Positions 63,186 through 64,000 of a DNA stretch of 64,000 nt are shown piece after piece. The stretch is from Flavobacteriaceae bacterium (GTDB lineage Bacteria > Bacteroidota > Bacteroidia > Flavobacteriales_C > GCA-002722245), in the NCBI GenBank assembly GCA_964230605.1, contig CAXRIN010000058.1:10969-74968 (forward strand), written 5' to 3'. Position 1 is the first letter of the stretch. Each line of letters begins with the position of its first letter. A program made the translations under genes and the position numbers. The notes beneath the pieces are model-generated. The model was not told where the DNA came from. It made no database searches and worked only from the letters and a program-made list of their open reading frames with translations.

Positions 63186-64000
63186 ATGAAAAAGTATTTG
63201 TTGTCTCTTTTATTTTATTACATCATTACCTCTGTTTCTTCCCAATCAATTTTAAAATACGATTTACTCATTACTGAAGTGATGTTTGATCCTACTCCCG
63301 CAGTTGGTTTACCTGAAGAGGAATTTTTAGAGATTTACAATAATTCGACGCAGGCAATTGAATTAAAAGACATTGAAATTCATATTGGGATAAAGTATTT
63401 CAGGCCTGATAGTTTTGTAATTCAACCAGACTCATTTTATGTTTTTTGGGATGCTGAAATTCCTACTTTAAGAAATAGTGGTGATTCCATTTCCATAAAA
63501 TTCAATAATGATATAATACACAGAGTGGAATATTATTCAAACCTCCATGTTTCAGATTTCAAAGAAAACGGCGGTTGGAGTTTAGAGCTAGTTGATATTT
63601 CAAAACCATGTATTAACTATGGTAATTGGAGTTCGTCTTTAAATCATCTCGGTGGTACTCCTGGAAAAAAAAATAGTGTTGAGAAAAAAATAGAAACACC
63701 TACAGTTAAAGTAGAAAGTTATTTTCCTGTCTCTGAAAATGAGCTTTTGATAACTTTTAATGTTCCAATTGAAAGTCTTGAAACAAATCACAATTACCAA
63801 ATCAATTATAATGACGCATTAATTGAAATCCCAACCTTAGATTCAATTAATATTGATTCTCTTTTGATCTTAGATGTTTCCTCTTGTTTTGCAGCAAACT
63901 TTAATCCAATTCAAATTAAGTATGGTTTACCGCATGATCCCGACTCTGGTGATTTGATTATCAGCGAAATTCTTTTTAACCCAGATGAACAAGGGAGTGA
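63186..64000 (+). CDS. Lamin-tail-domain (LTD) containing secreted protein, 3' end beyond the window
   Basis: ATG at 63186 and open to the window end. Signal peptide MKKYLLSLLFYYIITSVSSQ. Two LTD-type starts (LLITEVMFDP..EFLEIYN and LIISEILFNP). Absent from the ORF track because there is no stop in the window. Confidence 0.6.
   Translation, partial: MKKYLLSLLFYYIITSVSSQSILKYDLLITEVMFDPTPAVGLPEEEFLEIYNNSTQAIELKDIEIHIGIKYFRPDSFVIQPDSFYVFWDAEIPTLRNSGDSISIKFNNDIIHRVEYYSNLHVSDFKENGGWSLELVDISKPCINYGNWSSSLNHLGGTPGKKNSVEKKIETPTVKVESYFPVSENELLITFNVPIESLETNHNYQINYNDALIEIPTLDSINIDSLLILDVSSCFAANFNPIQIKYGLPHDPDSGDLIISEILFNPDEQGS

Noticed and set aside
1-64000. Mobile element, prophage, defence island or RNA genes
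   Set aside because: By eye I found no integrase, transposase, tRNA/rRNA-like sequence (no GGTTCGAATCC-type T-arm), cas genes, restriction-modification genes or phage structural genes. The accessory character of 6-43 kb is that of glycan loci, not an evident mobile island. A proper tRNAscan/Infernal and defence-system HMM scan would be needed to exclude this.

Overview
AT-rich chromosomal segment that looks like a Bacteroidota (Flavobacteriia-type) genome. Supporting signs are a T9SS C-terminal sorting domain, TAnnTTTG -7 promoter boxes, Reg_prop/Y_Y_Y sensor proteins, DUF3857/transglutaminase proteins and Wzi/RemB-like outer-membrane proteins. I call about 55 protein-coding genes. By eye I found no rRNA, tRNA, CRISPR array, transposase or integrase. 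Housekeeping genes (tatA, nadB, leuS, thiL, dprA, ispD, asd) flank a roughly 37 kb cell-surface polysaccharide region (6.1-43.1 kb) with three parts. (A) A minus-strand operon at 16525->6135: ADH+Gfo/Idh/MocA fusion oxidoreductase, cytoplasmic heparinase II/III-like protein, WbuB-like GT, WecA-like initiating transferase, two tandem Wzi/RemB-like OMPs and a translationally coupled M20 hydrolase. (B) A Wzx/Wzy locus at 22.3-30.8 kb with acetyl- and pyruvyl-transferases. (C) A second Wzx/Wzy locus at 30.9-43.1 kb with Wza, a kinase-less PCP and a WbpG-HisH-HisF acetamidino module. Between A and B lie a transmembrane propeller/Y_Y_Y-LuxR one-component regulator and a PorZ-like T9SS propeller protein. 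The strongest candidate for an undescribed system is the tightly coupled operon at 1830-5637: beta-helix lipoprotein, bacterial VTC (polyphosphate-polymerase-like) domain protein, DUF4956 membrane protein and a lipoprotein family I pyrophosphatase. Other points of interest are orphan minus-strand terminators with helically phased GGACAA repeats in the 475-bp gap at 16.5-17.0 kb, a perfect 32-bp inverted repeat at 48.6 kb, a REP-like element after leuS, and a secreted TPR/MORN plus transglutaminase (active and apparently inactive paralog) operon at 48.8-56.2 kb. All functional calls rest on by-eye motif recognition; no database search was run.
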